From Candidatus Poribacteria bacterium (lineage in GTDB: Bacteria; Poribacteria; WGA-4E; PCPOR2b): 64,000 nucleotides of DNA. The notes beneath the pieces are model-generated. The model was not told the origin of the DNA and ran no database searches. It saw only the letters and a program-made list of their open reading frames with translations. The stretch covers positions 1,312,001 to 1,376,000 of the forward strand of contig OZ240245.1 in NCBI GenBank assembly GCA_965198175.1, written 5' to 3'. The position numbers and the translations under genes are program-made. Shown in pieces: positions 20,189 through 29,968 of this stretch (position 1 is its first letter; every line of letters starts with the position of its first letter).

Positions 20189-21187
20189 ATGTGGATACGG
20201 ATAACATCCATCTTTTTCCTTTCGGTTGTTGGTTTATTCTTATATAGCATCATGTTTGTAGTGGACAGCGAAGCACAAGCGCCCGACGCGCCGACAATCG
20301 CGATTACTACGAACGGAGCGGACGCCAACATCTGGCTGATGGACGCCGATGGCGCGAATGAGCGAGGCCTTCTACATGCTGGCGGGGACCAACCGCTAGG
20401 TTTGGTATGGTCTCCCGACGGCACAAAGCTGGCGTTCCATACTGAAGTAGGGGGCAACGTCGATATTTACGTGGTGAACGCGGATGGGCAGAATCTCAAG
20501 AGACTCACCGAACATGAGGCGGAAGATAGTTCACCCCATTGGCATCCCAGTGGTCAAAAACTCGTCTTCGAGTCCAATCGGGACGGCAACTTTGAAATCT
20601 ATACGATGACAGCAGCGGGACAAGTTATTGAGAATCTCACGAACGATCCCGGTAACGACATTACCCCTGCATGGTCACCAGATGCTCGAAAGATCGCCTT
20701 CTCCGGCAAGCGGGGCAAAACCCTGGGAGACGTCTTTGTGATGGATGCAGATGGCGGTAACCCTCAGAATATTACGAATAATCGATCCAAGGACCTCGAT
20801 CCCCGGTGGTCGCCAGATGGAAAACAATTCATCTTTACCTCTGAACGGAATGGAGCCGGTGATATCTTCCTTATGGATATCAATGGGGAAAATCAGAAAC
20901 AGATCAATTTTGAGCCTGACCCTGGGTTTGTTGGAATTGACGGGGCGCCCATCTGGTCTCCAGATGGAAAGGAGGTTGCTTACGAAGTCTGTGGGGGCGG
21001 AACATGCAAGATTCTTGTCATCGATCCCGATAAGCCTCAAAATCGCCTTGTGTTAGCGCAACCGGGTCAATTCAATCGTTCACCTGCTTGGTTCGATCCG
21101 GACTTTGTGGTGGAGTTCTCTGTTTCTCCTGCTGGCAAACGCCCTATGACCTGGGGCTGGCTCAAGCGGGTGAGACAGAACGATTAA
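20189..21187 (+). CDS. Secreted TolB-like PD40/WD40-like beta-propeller with C-terminal TWG tail
   Basis: Signal peptide; repeated WSPDG..(I/L)AF and SNRDGNFEIYTM; ends FSVSPAGKRPMTWGWLKRVRQND. Confidence 0.85.
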   Translation: MWIRITSIFFLSVVGLFLYSIMFVVDSEAQAPDAPTIAITTNGADANIWLMDADGANERGLLHAGGDQPLGLVWSPDGTKLAFHTEVGGNVDIYVVNADGQNLKRLTEHEAEDSSPHWHPSGQKLVFESNRDGNFEIYTMTAAGQVIENLTNDPGNDITPAWSPDARKIAFSGKRGKTLGDVFVMDADGGNPQNITNNRSKDLDPRWSPDGKQFIFTSERNGAGDIFLMDINGENQKQINFEPDPGFVGIDGAPIWSPDGKEVAYEVCGGGTCKILVIDPDKPQNRLVLAQPGQFNRSPAWFDPDFVVEFSVSPAGKRPMTWGWLKRVRQND

Positions 21188-21466
21188 ACAGGAGGTATCG
21201 GATACACAAGCAGGCTCGTATCTGTTTAATTCGTCAAAAGTACTGATGTGGATGCTCGACTTGGGTCGAAATAGAGGTTTCTCCGACTAGAAGTTGAGCA
21301 TCCGTTGTGATGTGATTAAAATAATTCTTTCCTACTACCTGCAGCCTGAACGACGTCTGAAAGGGCTGAATCCTCAAGAACAAAACGGACTCCATCGGCA
21401 ACCACATTTCGGCTTCTTTCCCAGCCGTTGGAGCAGGCACGAACAACTGACCTCCCACTACTACTT

Positions 21467-22330
21467 CTACTTCCCTCGGTACGAATATTTGCCGTGCTCA
21501 ATCCGCGGATCAAAATCGTCCAGCTCGTCCCACACCGGCATCCCTGGCGGCACCTGATGCCCGAACTGTTCCTCATCGGAAGGGTAGGGGGCTTTGCGGC
21601 GTTCATGGAAGGCGCGTTGAAGTAGCTTACATCGTTGTGTAATGAATTCAGGGTGCCACCAACGATACTTTTCGTTCCATGCAATTGTGCGCTGATCGAA
21701 GTAGATTACGCGGCGAAGCTGACTGCTAGTGTTGTTCTGACTGCCGTGCAGCACCTTCGTATGGTGGAGAAGAACATCTCCGGGTTCCATTTCTGCAGGC
21801 ACTGCATTTGGCAGATCGAAATTTTTGCGCCCACGTTCAATCATCGCCGCGGCTTCTTCAATACTCCACATATGGCTGCCCGGAACTACCCAGACACATC
21901 CGTTGCCGACGGTAGATACGTCAGGGTAGATGTCCACGTTAAAAATACGCAGAGTTTTCACAAAGCGCTGATCGTCACGATGCCACGGCACGGAAGAGCC
22001 GTTTCCCGGGAGTTTGAACACCAGTGACTCGAAGCATGGAATGAAATCAGGCCCAACCATTCGATGCAGCAGATCAGCAATGAAAGGGTGGGCAAGCAAG
22101 CGAAGCGAAAAGGTGTTGGGGTGGGAATGAAGATACCTCAGATAATAGGGAACACCTTCTGGCCCACGAGAACACCAGGAGTCCGCCGGTCCACCGGCTA
22201 GGACTTCATCAATTAAACGTAAGCTTTCCCGCTTAATCTCCCCAAGTTCGTCCGGCTGGATGATTCCGCGCAGGATGACGTAACCGTTCTCATCAAAGTA
22301 TTGAATATCTTCGTCTGTTATCTTTTTCAT
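21467..22330 (-). CDS. PhyH family dioxygenase
   Basis: FDENGYVIL, VPWHRD, NGCVWVVPGSH, EPGDVLLHH..VLHGS. Confidence 0.85.
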   Translation of the reverse strand: MKKITDEDIQYFDENGYVILRGIIQPDELGEIKRESLRLIDEVLAGGPADSWCSRGPEGVPYYLRYLHSHPNTFSLRLLAHPFIADLLHRMVGPDFIPCFESLVFKLPGNGSSVPWHRDDQRFVKTLRIFNVDIYPDVSTVGNGCVWVVPGSHMWSIEEAAAMIERGRKNFDLPNAVPAEMEPGDVLLHHTKVLHGSQNNTSSQLRRVIYFDQRTIAWNEKYRWWHPEFITQRCKLLQRAFHERRKAPYPSDEEQFGHQVPPGMPVWDELDDFDPRIEHGKYSYRGK

Positions 22331-22609
22331 TTGAGGTGCCGCTGTGCATTTCTTGCCGAACCTGAATTGCGCATAGGAATCAGTATTGAACTTGCTGTTG
22401 CGTGAAATTATGATTCGTGCTAAGATAGAAACGCTCGCAGATCCACAGAATTGAGGAGATAGACTTCATGCCTTGCTGCTACAAGCGGAACATATTATAC
22501 AATGAGCACTTCAAAGAAGCAACGCATCTTTGAACACGATTCGCATCCAAGGCACGCTTTTCAAGTTCAGAACGGTGTACAAATCCAATTTCAGACGGTA
22601 GTATCACCT

Positions 22610-23365
22610 ATGCTCAACAAAGAAATGGTTGTCAATCTCCCATTGCTTCCCGGGGTCTATTTTTTCCGAAGTAAATCCGGGAATATCCTCTACATCGGCA
22701 AAGCGACATCGTTACGCAAACGAGTCGGATCCTACCTGCATAACCGCCGACATCACCCCAAGGTTAAGCGGTTAGTACGACACGCAACCCAAATTGATTA
22801 CGAGGTGTGCGGATCGGAGTTGGAAGCCCTATTGCTTGAATCGCACCTAATTAAAGAACATCAACCGCCATACAATACTACCCTAAAATTCAACCGTCCG
22901 TCCTGGTTCATTCGAATTGATCCCAACGATCGTTTCCCTAAAATAGACCTTGTTTTGGAAATTGTTCCTGATGGGGCAAGATATTGGGGCCCATTTTCCA
23001 GTCGACGCTGGACAGAGGAAGCAATCGATATATTGCACAAGATTTTTCCAATTCGGACGTGTGAGGGGGAAATTACGCCTCAACTTGCTTTTCGTCCTTG
23101 CTTTAGTTACCATGTAAGGCGTTGTGGGGCGCCCTGCGCTGCACGGGTCAGCCAGACTGCGTACCACGTGATGATTGATAATGTCAGCCGTTTGCTGGAC
23201 GGAGAACATCACCACGTCCTCAATGAACTGACCAATCAACGCAATCGAGCCGTAGACAAATTGCAATTCGAGCGAGCGAAGACCATCCAGAAACGCATCA
23301 AGCGCATCCAAAAAGTTTTCGTTTACCTGAACGTACATCGAATAGAGGTCAACACAAGTATTTAG
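22610..23365 (+). CDS. UvrC N-terminal homolog (Cho-like GIY-YIG nuclease with UVR domain)
   Basis: LPLLPGVYFF..ILYIGKA..LRKRVGSY, SELEALLLE, PPYN, Cys cluster, LQFERA; no RNase H-like or HhH C-terminus. Start moved to ATG 22610 (ORF opens at 22502). Confidence 0.8.
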   Translation: MLNKEMVVNLPLLPGVYFFRSKSGNILYIGKATSLRKRVGSYLHNRRHHPKVKRLVRHATQIDYEVCGSELEALLLESHLIKEHQPPYNTTLKFNRPSWFIRIDPNDRFPKIDLVLEIVPDGARYWGPFSSRRWTEEAIDILHKIFPIRTCEGEITPQLAFRPCFSYHVRRCGAPCAARVSQTAYHVMIDNVSRLLDGEHHHVLNELTNQRNRAVDKLQFERAKTIQKRIKRIQKVFVYLNVHRIEVNTSI

Positions 23366-23495
23366 CTGTTACACCGCATGTAGCGATCAGAAACTGAAAA
23401 ATCGACTAAAGATGAGGCAATTTCAATTGGCGGCGAGGCTGGGATAGTATTACCGACTACAATGATGCGCCGCGATAATTGCTTTAGGAGGAATA

Positions 23496-24554
23496 ATGGC
23501 GCCGCTCTATTCCATTTCGGTATGTGGCGGACTCGAAAAGATTGCGCTTGAAGAGATTCAAGCCCGATTTCATCACACAAGCGAATTGGAGGTCGTTGGA
23601 CAAAAATTGAAACGCATACTCTTTCGCTATTCTGGTGATGCAGAGCAATTGTTATCGCTCCGTGCAGCCGAGAATGTCTTTCTAATTATCAGAGTTTTGA
23701 GGAATATGACACGATCTCGTCGCTCCTTAACAGAGCTGAAAAAATCGCTCCGACGGTTTGACTTTCGTCCGCATCTTGAGATTTGCCGAAACGCCGGAGT
23801 TCGATTCCGGCATCGGATTACCTTTCGCGTAACAAGTCGGATGTCTACTCGCCATAATTTCCGTCGAATCGACATACAGCGGTCTGTTGAGGAGGTGCTT
23901 ACAACTTGTGGATGGCATCTGACTGAAGAGAATCCTGCGCTCGATGTATGGGCGGAAATTCACGGGGCTGAGGCGTATGTGGCTATAAGGATTTCCCCAA
24001 TCGAAATGGCGCAAAGAGATTATAAGCAAGCTCATATACCCGCCTCTCTGAAACCCACGGTCGCTTACAGCCTCGTCCGTCTCTCCGATCCACAGCGGGA
24101 CGATGTGTTTTTGGACGCGATGTGCGGTGCCGGAACTATCTTAATTGAAAGGGCCTATTCCGGGCGTTATCGTTATCTGCTTGGTGGCGATGTCTTCCCC
24201 GGAGCAATTCGGGCAGCACAACTGAATATCAACAGGAAGCATCGTCCGCGTCAGCTCTTCCTGTGGGATGCCCGATTCCTTCCACTGACTCAGTGGAGTG
24301 TCGATAAAATCGTTTGTAACCTGCCTTTTGGGGAACGGGGGAACGATGCCGAGATAAGGAACCTGTATCGACGGTTCCTCAAGGAGTGCGAGCGCGTCTT
24401 GAAACCAACCGGGCGGATGGTTCTCCTCACTACCCAGCAGTCAACGCTTGAGTATTTGTTGAAACAACGCGAATCTGCTTTTAAGATTAGGCAGAAATTT
24501 CAGATAAACCTGCTCGGCTTAAAACCTTGGGTCAATCTATGCCTACCGTATTGA
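23496..24554 (+). CDS. THUMP-domain RNA methyltransferase (Trm14/TrmN/RlmL-like)
   Basis: GGLEKIALEE, PASLKPTVA, DAMCGAGTILIE, VCNLPFG. Confidence 0.8.
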   Translation: MAPLYSISVCGGLEKIALEEIQARFHHTSELEVVGQKLKRILFRYSGDAEQLLSLRAAENVFLIIRVLRNMTRSRRSLTELKKSLRRFDFRPHLEICRNAGVRFRHRITFRVTSRMSTRHNFRRIDIQRSVEEVLTTCGWHLTEENPALDVWAEIHGAEAYVAIRISPIEMAQRDYKQAHIPASLKPTVAYSLVRLSDPQRDDVFLDAMCGAGTILIERAYSGRYRYLLGGDVFPGAIRAAQLNINRKHRPRQLFLWDARFLPLTQWSVDKIVCNLPFGERGNDAEIRNLYRRFLKECERVLKPTGRMVLLTTQQSTLEYLLKQRESAFKIRQKFQINLLGLKPWVNLCLPY

Positions 24555-24798
24555 TGATTGTGTTTTAAGAAACTTCCCAACAGAACTGTACATAATTATA
24601 GAACCATCTGAACACAATTGAATCACTCATCAAGCAACAAAATTGGCAGCAACAGAAAAAGGACAAATGGTGATTGGTGCCACTGCAGATTAGGTCTCGG
24701 CAATAATGTGGCATGTAATCGAATAAGACCTCAGTTTGACAATGGACAATTGGTGATTGTCAATAACCGGCACAAGAGGTTAATGAGAAAATTGCGCA

Positions 24799-27222
24799 AT
24801 GAAACTCCAACGTGATCTCACGACCATCTTCTATGTTCTTGCTTCCGGGATATATCTCATCATCGGGGCACGGAGTTTTGCTAGAGCGCCTGATACCCCT
24901 GAGACCAGCTACTTTTACCTGCTTGGACTAGTGACATGGGTGCTTGCAACGCTTGTGTGGATGCAACAGATAGACAACCGTGCAGCGCGCATTTCCTACA
25001 TGATGAGTATCGGTTTCATGAGCATCTGCTCGGTTGATGCTACATTCTCAATTGATGAAAGAACCCTAAGCAGTCGAATTTTACCGATTTTCCAGTTTTT
25101 GTCGGCAACCATCTTACCTTGCCTTTTTCTGCACTGCTTTCTGATCTTTCCCGTAGAGAAAAGAATCATTCAACGCCGCGAATGGTTGTTAAAATTGTTA
25201 TATGCACCAGGAATCGTATTATTTTCCGCGATGTCCTTCCTTTATTTGGGTGGGAATGACTATTCTCGCGAGTTTTTCCTCGTACAATTCTTGCAATTAC
25301 CATTGCTGGGAAATACCATCAGCGGGTTTCTCTGTACCTATTCAGTTGCAGGACAATTGCTCCTATTACATTCTTGTTTTGCAGCCCATTCACCCTCACA
25401 GCGCCGTCAGGCACGATGGCTGCTGCTTGGCATCACTGCTGGAACACTGCCACAAGCGGTTTTCACGACGATACCGAGGGTCTGGGATGTGTCCATCGCT
25501 TATGTTCACCTTTCGGCTTACGCGCTATGTCTTATCCCTATCTGTTATGTTGTTGCGATTGTTCGTCATCGATTGATGAATATCGAGTTAATCATCAATC
25601 GCAGCGTGGTGTATGCCCTTGTGAGTGGATTCGCGTTGGGGATGTATTTGCTAAGCATTCACGGTTTAGCGAGGTTTTTCCACACTGAAGAACGTTCGTG
25701 GGCGGTGACGGCTGTATCAATATTTATCGCCGCTGTGCTTTTTGCGCCTGCCAAGACGCGTATACAAAATCTGATTGATCTAGCTTTTAACCGAGAAGCA
25801 TACAATTACCGTCAAACACTCTTAGCATTGAGCCAAACTCTTCACTCCATTCTCGACTTGGAAATCCTCGTTGATACCCTGCTTCGCCAAGTAACTGAAG
25901 CAATGCACATCAGTCGAGGCGTCGTGATGTATCGCGTTTCAACAGCCGAACCAACGTTTGTTACAGAGGCAACTGTTGGCATGGATTCCATCCCAGATGG
26001 AGTACAGGTGAGGTTATCACCATCACTAATAGACCTGTTGAAAAAAGCAGAAAAGCCGCTCGATTTTTCAAATCAACCGCCAATTCCGAATAACATCCAA
26101 TTACTGGAGGACAAAGAGCTTTCACAAGATGTAAAAGGTTTCAGTACCCTTCTGCGATCCGCAATATGGATCCCCTTTGTGACGCGAACGAAGGAACAAG
26201 AAAATCTAGTCGGTCTACTCGTGCTTGGACAAAAACTGTCGGAGGAACCGTACACGCAGACAGATCTCGCGTTACTTGGAACGCTCGCCCATCAGGGCGC
26301 GACAGCGATTGAAAATGCAACGCTTTATGCTCAATTAAGTGCACGAACGAAGGCAATGGAGAAGGCGCGTGAGCAACTGATGGCAACGTATCTAGACACT
26401 TATGGCGGAACAATGCCGAAACCTTCAAGTGAAGCGAAACTCCAACCTACAGAGCGGGACAGTGATTTGGTCTCAGAGTTCAATAATATCGCTGCCGCAC
26501 TCAAAGATAGCCATGATAAGTTTAAGCAATTAGACGGACTTAAATCTCAATTCCTGGACAACGTCTCCCATGAGCTACGGACGCCGTTGACGCATATCAA
26601 GGGATTCGTGGACAATTTGCTCGACGGGGTCGGTGGAGAACTTGCGGAAAGACAGAGAAGATATTTGTTACGGATGAAGGACAATTGCGATCGACTTATC
26701 CGATTAATTAATAATCTTCTGGATCTTTCACGAACAGAATCCGGCAAAATGTCATTACAACTTGAACGGAGGCTGCTTTACCCAATCCTCGAAGAAGCAA
26801 TTGCTGGAATTCAGCCTCTAGTTGATAAAAAAGGGATTCACATTGAGTTGAACTGTGAGGAGACCCTTACGGCATTGGTAGACGCCGATAAGATAAGGCA
26901 AATCATGACAGATCTCTTGGATAACGCGCTCAAATATACTGAAACAGGGGGATACGTAGGTGTAGTGGTGACCGCTGTATCAAATCGGGATGTTCAGATC
27001 TGCGTCGAGGATACCGGCATAGGTATTGCTGAAACAGACCTCGATTTGATTTTTGATCGCTTTCACCGCGTCACGGGACCGAGAAGTAGCAGTATCGGTG
27101 GAATCGGCTTAGGGCTACCGATTGTAAAAAATCTCGTCGAGCTGCACGGTGGGGAGGTCAAGGTTGAAAGCGAAATTGGTGAGGGAAGTCGCTTCTATAT
27201 TACACTAAAGCTTGGGTCATAG
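24799..27222 (+). CDS. Membrane sensor histidine kinase (multi-TM N-terminus, GAF, HisKA, HATPase)
   Basis: VSHELRTPL H-box, DNALKY N-box, EDTGIGI, GIGLGLPI; GAF-like LVGLLVLGQK..AIENA. Confidence 0.9.
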   Translation: MKLQRDLTTIFYVLASGIYLIIGARSFARAPDTPETSYFYLLGLVTWVLATLVWMQQIDNRAARISYMMSIGFMSICSVDATFSIDERTLSSRILPIFQFLSATILPCLFLHCFLIFPVEKRIIQRREWLLKLLYAPGIVLFSAMSFLYLGGNDYSREFFLVQFLQLPLLGNTISGFLCTYSVAGQLLLLHSCFAAHSPSQRRQARWLLLGITAGTLPQAVFTTIPRVWDVSIAYVHLSAYALCLIPICYVVAIVRHRLMNIELIINRSVVYALVSGFALGMYLLSIHGLARFFHTEERSWAVTAVSIFIAAVLFAPAKTRIQNLIDLAFNREAYNYRQTLLALSQTLHSILDLEILVDTLLRQVTEAMHISRGVVMYRVSTAEPTFVTEATVGMDSIPDGVQVRLSPSLIDLLKKAEKPLDFSNQPPIPNNIQLLEDKELSQDVKGFSTLLRSAIWIPFVTRTKEQENLVGLLVLGQKLSEEPYTQTDLALLGTLAHQGATAIENATLYAQLSARTKAMEKAREQLMATYLDTYGGTMPKPSSEAKLQPTERDSDLVSEFNNIAAALKDSHDKFKQLDGLKSQFLDNVSHELRTPLTHIKGFVDNLLDGVGGELAERQRRYLLRMKDNCDRLIRLINNLLDLSRTESGKMSLQLERRLLYPILEEAIAGIQPLVDKKGIHIELNCEETLTALVDADKIRQIMTDLLDNALKYTETGGYVGVVVTAVSNRDVQICVEDTGIGIAETDLDLIFDRFHRVTGPRSSSIGGIGLGLPIVKNLVELHGGEVKVESEIGEGSRFYITLKLGS

Positions 27223-27265
27223 ATTTTAATCGATCAATCTTTTCGTCAACGTAGGGTAGGGGATA

Positions 27266-27634
27266 GTGATGGATCTTTTCGTCTATGGCACTCTAAAAAA
27301 TCTGGAGTTTATCCAGTTGCTTCTCAACCGTTCCATCGACAAGCCATCAAGAGCAACTATCCAGGGCTTTAAAACTGTCATTTCTGAGTGGGGATATCCT
27401 GTCATGATTCCTACTGAAGAGTCTAGCGTCAACGGAATTGTCTGGCGAGATTTGACGGATGAGGATTTTGAAATCTTGGACAGGTATGAGGGGTGTAATA
27501 CGGAAACATCCGTGTATCAACGTGTAAAGCGAAAGGTCATTGTTGAGGGACGGGAAGAGGAAATGTGGGCGTATTTCGGAACCCAAGCGTTTTTAACGCA
27601 GGTGCCTGGTCAGAAAAAGGAACGGAACTTTTGA
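27266..27634 (+). CDS. Gamma-glutamylcyclotransferase (AIG2-like) family protein
   Basis: LFVYGTLK and LDRYEG motifs. Confidence 0.85.
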   Translation: MMDLFVYGTLKNLEFIQLLLNRSIDKPSRATIQGFKTVISEWGYPVMIPTEESSVNGIVWRDLTDEDFEILDRYEGCNTETSVYQRVKRKVIVEGREEEMWAYFGTQAFLTQVPGQKKERNF

Positions 27635-27769
27635 ACTTGTTCCAACTCAGGTGAAAAAGGTATTTGTGAGTAATCACTTCCTTGGGGTGAATCGCTAAGC
27701 ACCCTAAAGCAAAGAGAAATGTATCAAATGGTCTGATCCTGGACTACAACTACAAACAGTATAATCCAT

Positions 27770-27804
27770 AAAAAAAGGCAGCTAATTGTAGCTGCCTTTT
27801 TTTT
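27770..27804. terminator. Bidirectional intrinsic terminator
   Basis: A7-GGCAGCTA-attg-TAGCTGCC-T8 between convergent genes. Confidence 0.85.
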
Positions 27805-27832
27805 GCGAGATTTGAAGAAAATCCGTCTAGCT

Positions 27833-29311
27833 CTACTTAACAATACCAATCTTTGCGGCTTCTGGCGCCCGCGTCGGCAGGTTCTGGTTAGCTAGCTGAT
27901 CCTCCGGGATATAGTTTGAGTAATCGGAAATCTGACCGTGGGTCAATGAGTAAACAACAACGTTCGTCATAAACCGATATACGCCTGGAGAGTAGTGCAC
28001 CGAACGCGTTGGTAGGCTTACTGCCTCCATCGCGCACATGTAATCACGGCGAACTAGCAACACCGAAAGTTTTTCACCAACGGAGATTCCTTCGAGGAAA
28101 TTCCGTTTCGGTGCTTTCGTGCCAAACCAGAAGATATCGAACCCAACCGGCGGACCGCCCATCTCATAGAAGTTGTTATAGACCTCGTGGTCGTTAGGAA
28201 TACGCTCAACCTGATATTCTGGCATCACATAGCGCATCTGGGCGAGGAATATGCGAACCATCGCCTGACCAGCCGCGTTCACACCGCAATCGTCAAAGAC
28301 AAGGACACCGCCTCTATCAACAAGAAATCGGCGCATTCCTGCCGCTTCCGGTTCCGTAAATCTGCTGTTCAGCGTCGCACCAAAACCACCCTTCTGAGCG
28401 AGTCCATGGGAGCGAACAACTGCGGGGTCATGCCCTGTCATAAATGCCATTGGCGTTTTTTGTAAGTTTGCATCCGTCAATTTCAGGGCACCGCCTTCGA
28501 CGTTCATGTCCGCCTTAATTTTCGTCCGCTCATTCAGCCATTTAGTTAACGCATTCAGCGAAGATGCATCCGCCCACCAATCAGAGAGGGTATGACGAAT
28601 GCGGGTAAAACGGAAGACACCTTGAATATCACGACCTTTACCGATGACTCGACCCCCAGGTTCGCCCCTCGGTAGCGGCGGTACTGCAACATTACCGAGT
28701 GTGATGCTTTCAACTACATCGCCTAGCGCATCACGTATAGCGCCAACCTGCTCCACCATCATCAAGCCCGGAGGACGTTGGAACCCAGCCTTCACCTGCA
28801 CTATCCCACCAGCAATCCCACGTCCAATATTCGACGGGCCCGCACTTGGGGCAGACGCAACAGGACCAGAAAATGCCAATGCGCCCGGTGCATCAGAAAC
28901 TGGCAAATCGGCATGTGTCGTTACTTGAGGTACTGGGGCATTCGGATTAACGACCTTGGGAACATTAGGATTGATGGGTTGGTTGAGTTTGACGACTTTA
29001 TTCGAGAATTCGAGCACCGTTTGCGGCTCGAAGGTAGTTGTACGAACAACTGCTGCGGTCGTGACTCTAGGCTGGACTTGAACCTGTTCAACGACCACGG
29101 TGTTATCAGTTGGAATCGTAGGTTTAATCTGTTTGATAACGGGCCTACGTACTTGTGGTTTAGGTGGATCTGGTGGATCAAGTACTTGGGCGCCGACTAA
29201 GTCTTTGAACTGCGGGGTTTGGGTGACTAGATAAACACCGAGAATCAACACAGCGACTCCGTGAAGAATCAATGATGTCATCAAGGCACCTGAGGTTTTC
29301 TTGGCACTCAT
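27833..29311 (-). CDS. Membrane-anchored Pro/Val-rich stalk plus C-terminal DUF4159-like domain protein
   Basis: TonB-like SLILH TM anchor, Pro-rich linker, then FMTGH, GGVLVFDDCG, IPNDHEVY, NVVVYSLT. Confidence 0.7.
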   Translation of the reverse strand: MSAKKTSGALMTSLILHGVAVLILGVYLVTQTPQFKDLVGAQVLDPPDPPKPQVRRPVIKQIKPTIPTDNTVVVEQVQVQPRVTTAAVVRTTTFEPQTVLEFSNKVVKLNQPINPNVPKVVNPNAPVPQVTTHADLPVSDAPGALAFSGPVASAPSAGPSNIGRGIAGGIVQVKAGFQRPPGLMMVEQVGAIRDALGDVVESITLGNVAVPPLPRGEPGGRVIGKGRDIQGVFRFTRIRHTLSDWWADASSLNALTKWLNERTKIKADMNVEGGALKLTDANLQKTPMAFMTGHDPAVVRSHGLAQKGGFGATLNSRFTEPEAAGMRRFLVDRGGVLVFDDCGVNAAGQAMVRIFLAQMRYVMPEYQVERIPNDHEVYNNFYEMGGPPVGFDIFWFGTKAPKRNFLEGISVGEKLSVLLVRRDYMCAMEAVSLPTRSVHYSPGVYRFMTNVVVYSLTHGQISDYSNYIPEDQLANQNLPTRAPEAAKIGIVK

Positions 29312-29426
29312 TATTTCCCTCCAAAATTAATTTCATAATGTCATGTTGTGATTGTTAGAACTCCTGAAAAAACCGCCACCTCATAATCTATTACACGGGG
29401 CTATTTACAGCATTATTAAAATAGTG

Positions 29427-29442
29427 AGCAATTTATATGCCA
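29427..29442 (-). promoter_or_regulatory. sigma54 (-24/-12) promoter of the DUF4159 gene
   Basis: Minus strand TGGCATATAAATTGCT with correct GG-N10-GC spacing. Confidence 0.7.
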
Positions 29443-29640
29443 CAGTTACATCTTAGTAAATGATGTTACTTAAAACGTTAGCGCTTGTGGGAAACCGGAT
29501 GAAAAGCGTTTTGTTGTCAGTCCCGCTCCATTACTGCGTTTCGATTGCAGATACGTCTGTTTTCCCGCTTCCCACGTGGCACCATAAAATTTGTTAGTTC
29601 TGGAAACGAACTCATTGTTCTGCAAGCGAATATTGAGAAT

Positions 29641-29694
29641 TTTTGCACAGAATGGTTACATTTCGTTATCAAATTGCACCGAATGGTGCAATTT
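29641..29694. promoter_or_regulatory. Putative enhancer (UAS) sites for a sigma54 activator
   Basis: Palindrome AAATTGCACC-gaat-GGTGCAATTT (29671-29694) plus related TTGCACAGAATGGTTACA about 30 bp away. Confidence 0.55.
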
Positions 29695-29744
29695 GCGCCT
29701 GAATGAAAAAAGGAAACTTTAACGCATATGGTAGCCGATTTGCT

Positions 29745-29839
29745 ACACCACGAATGGCTAGTTCGATGGCCTCCTCGAAACGTTATGTTCGGTTTTTCTG
29801 CGGCGGATGTAGCGGAATCATGAACATACCCAATTTCAT
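29745..29839 (-). pseudogene. N-terminal remnant of an LLM-class flavin-dependent oxidoreductase
   Basis: GGAGG RBS then MKLGMFMIPLHPPQKNRT*RFEEAIELAIR: luciferase-like N-terminus with an internal stop, remainder absent. Confidence 0.55.
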
Positions 29840-29968
29840 GGTATTACCTCCCATAGTTTAGAGCGGAGCGTTTTGTGAAGGGTAGTCCTCATATCCTATG
29901 CGGCTTCCCGCGCCGGTTGATATAAAGTTCAACCGAGGAACAATTGCGGTGTGACTAAATCGGATTGT

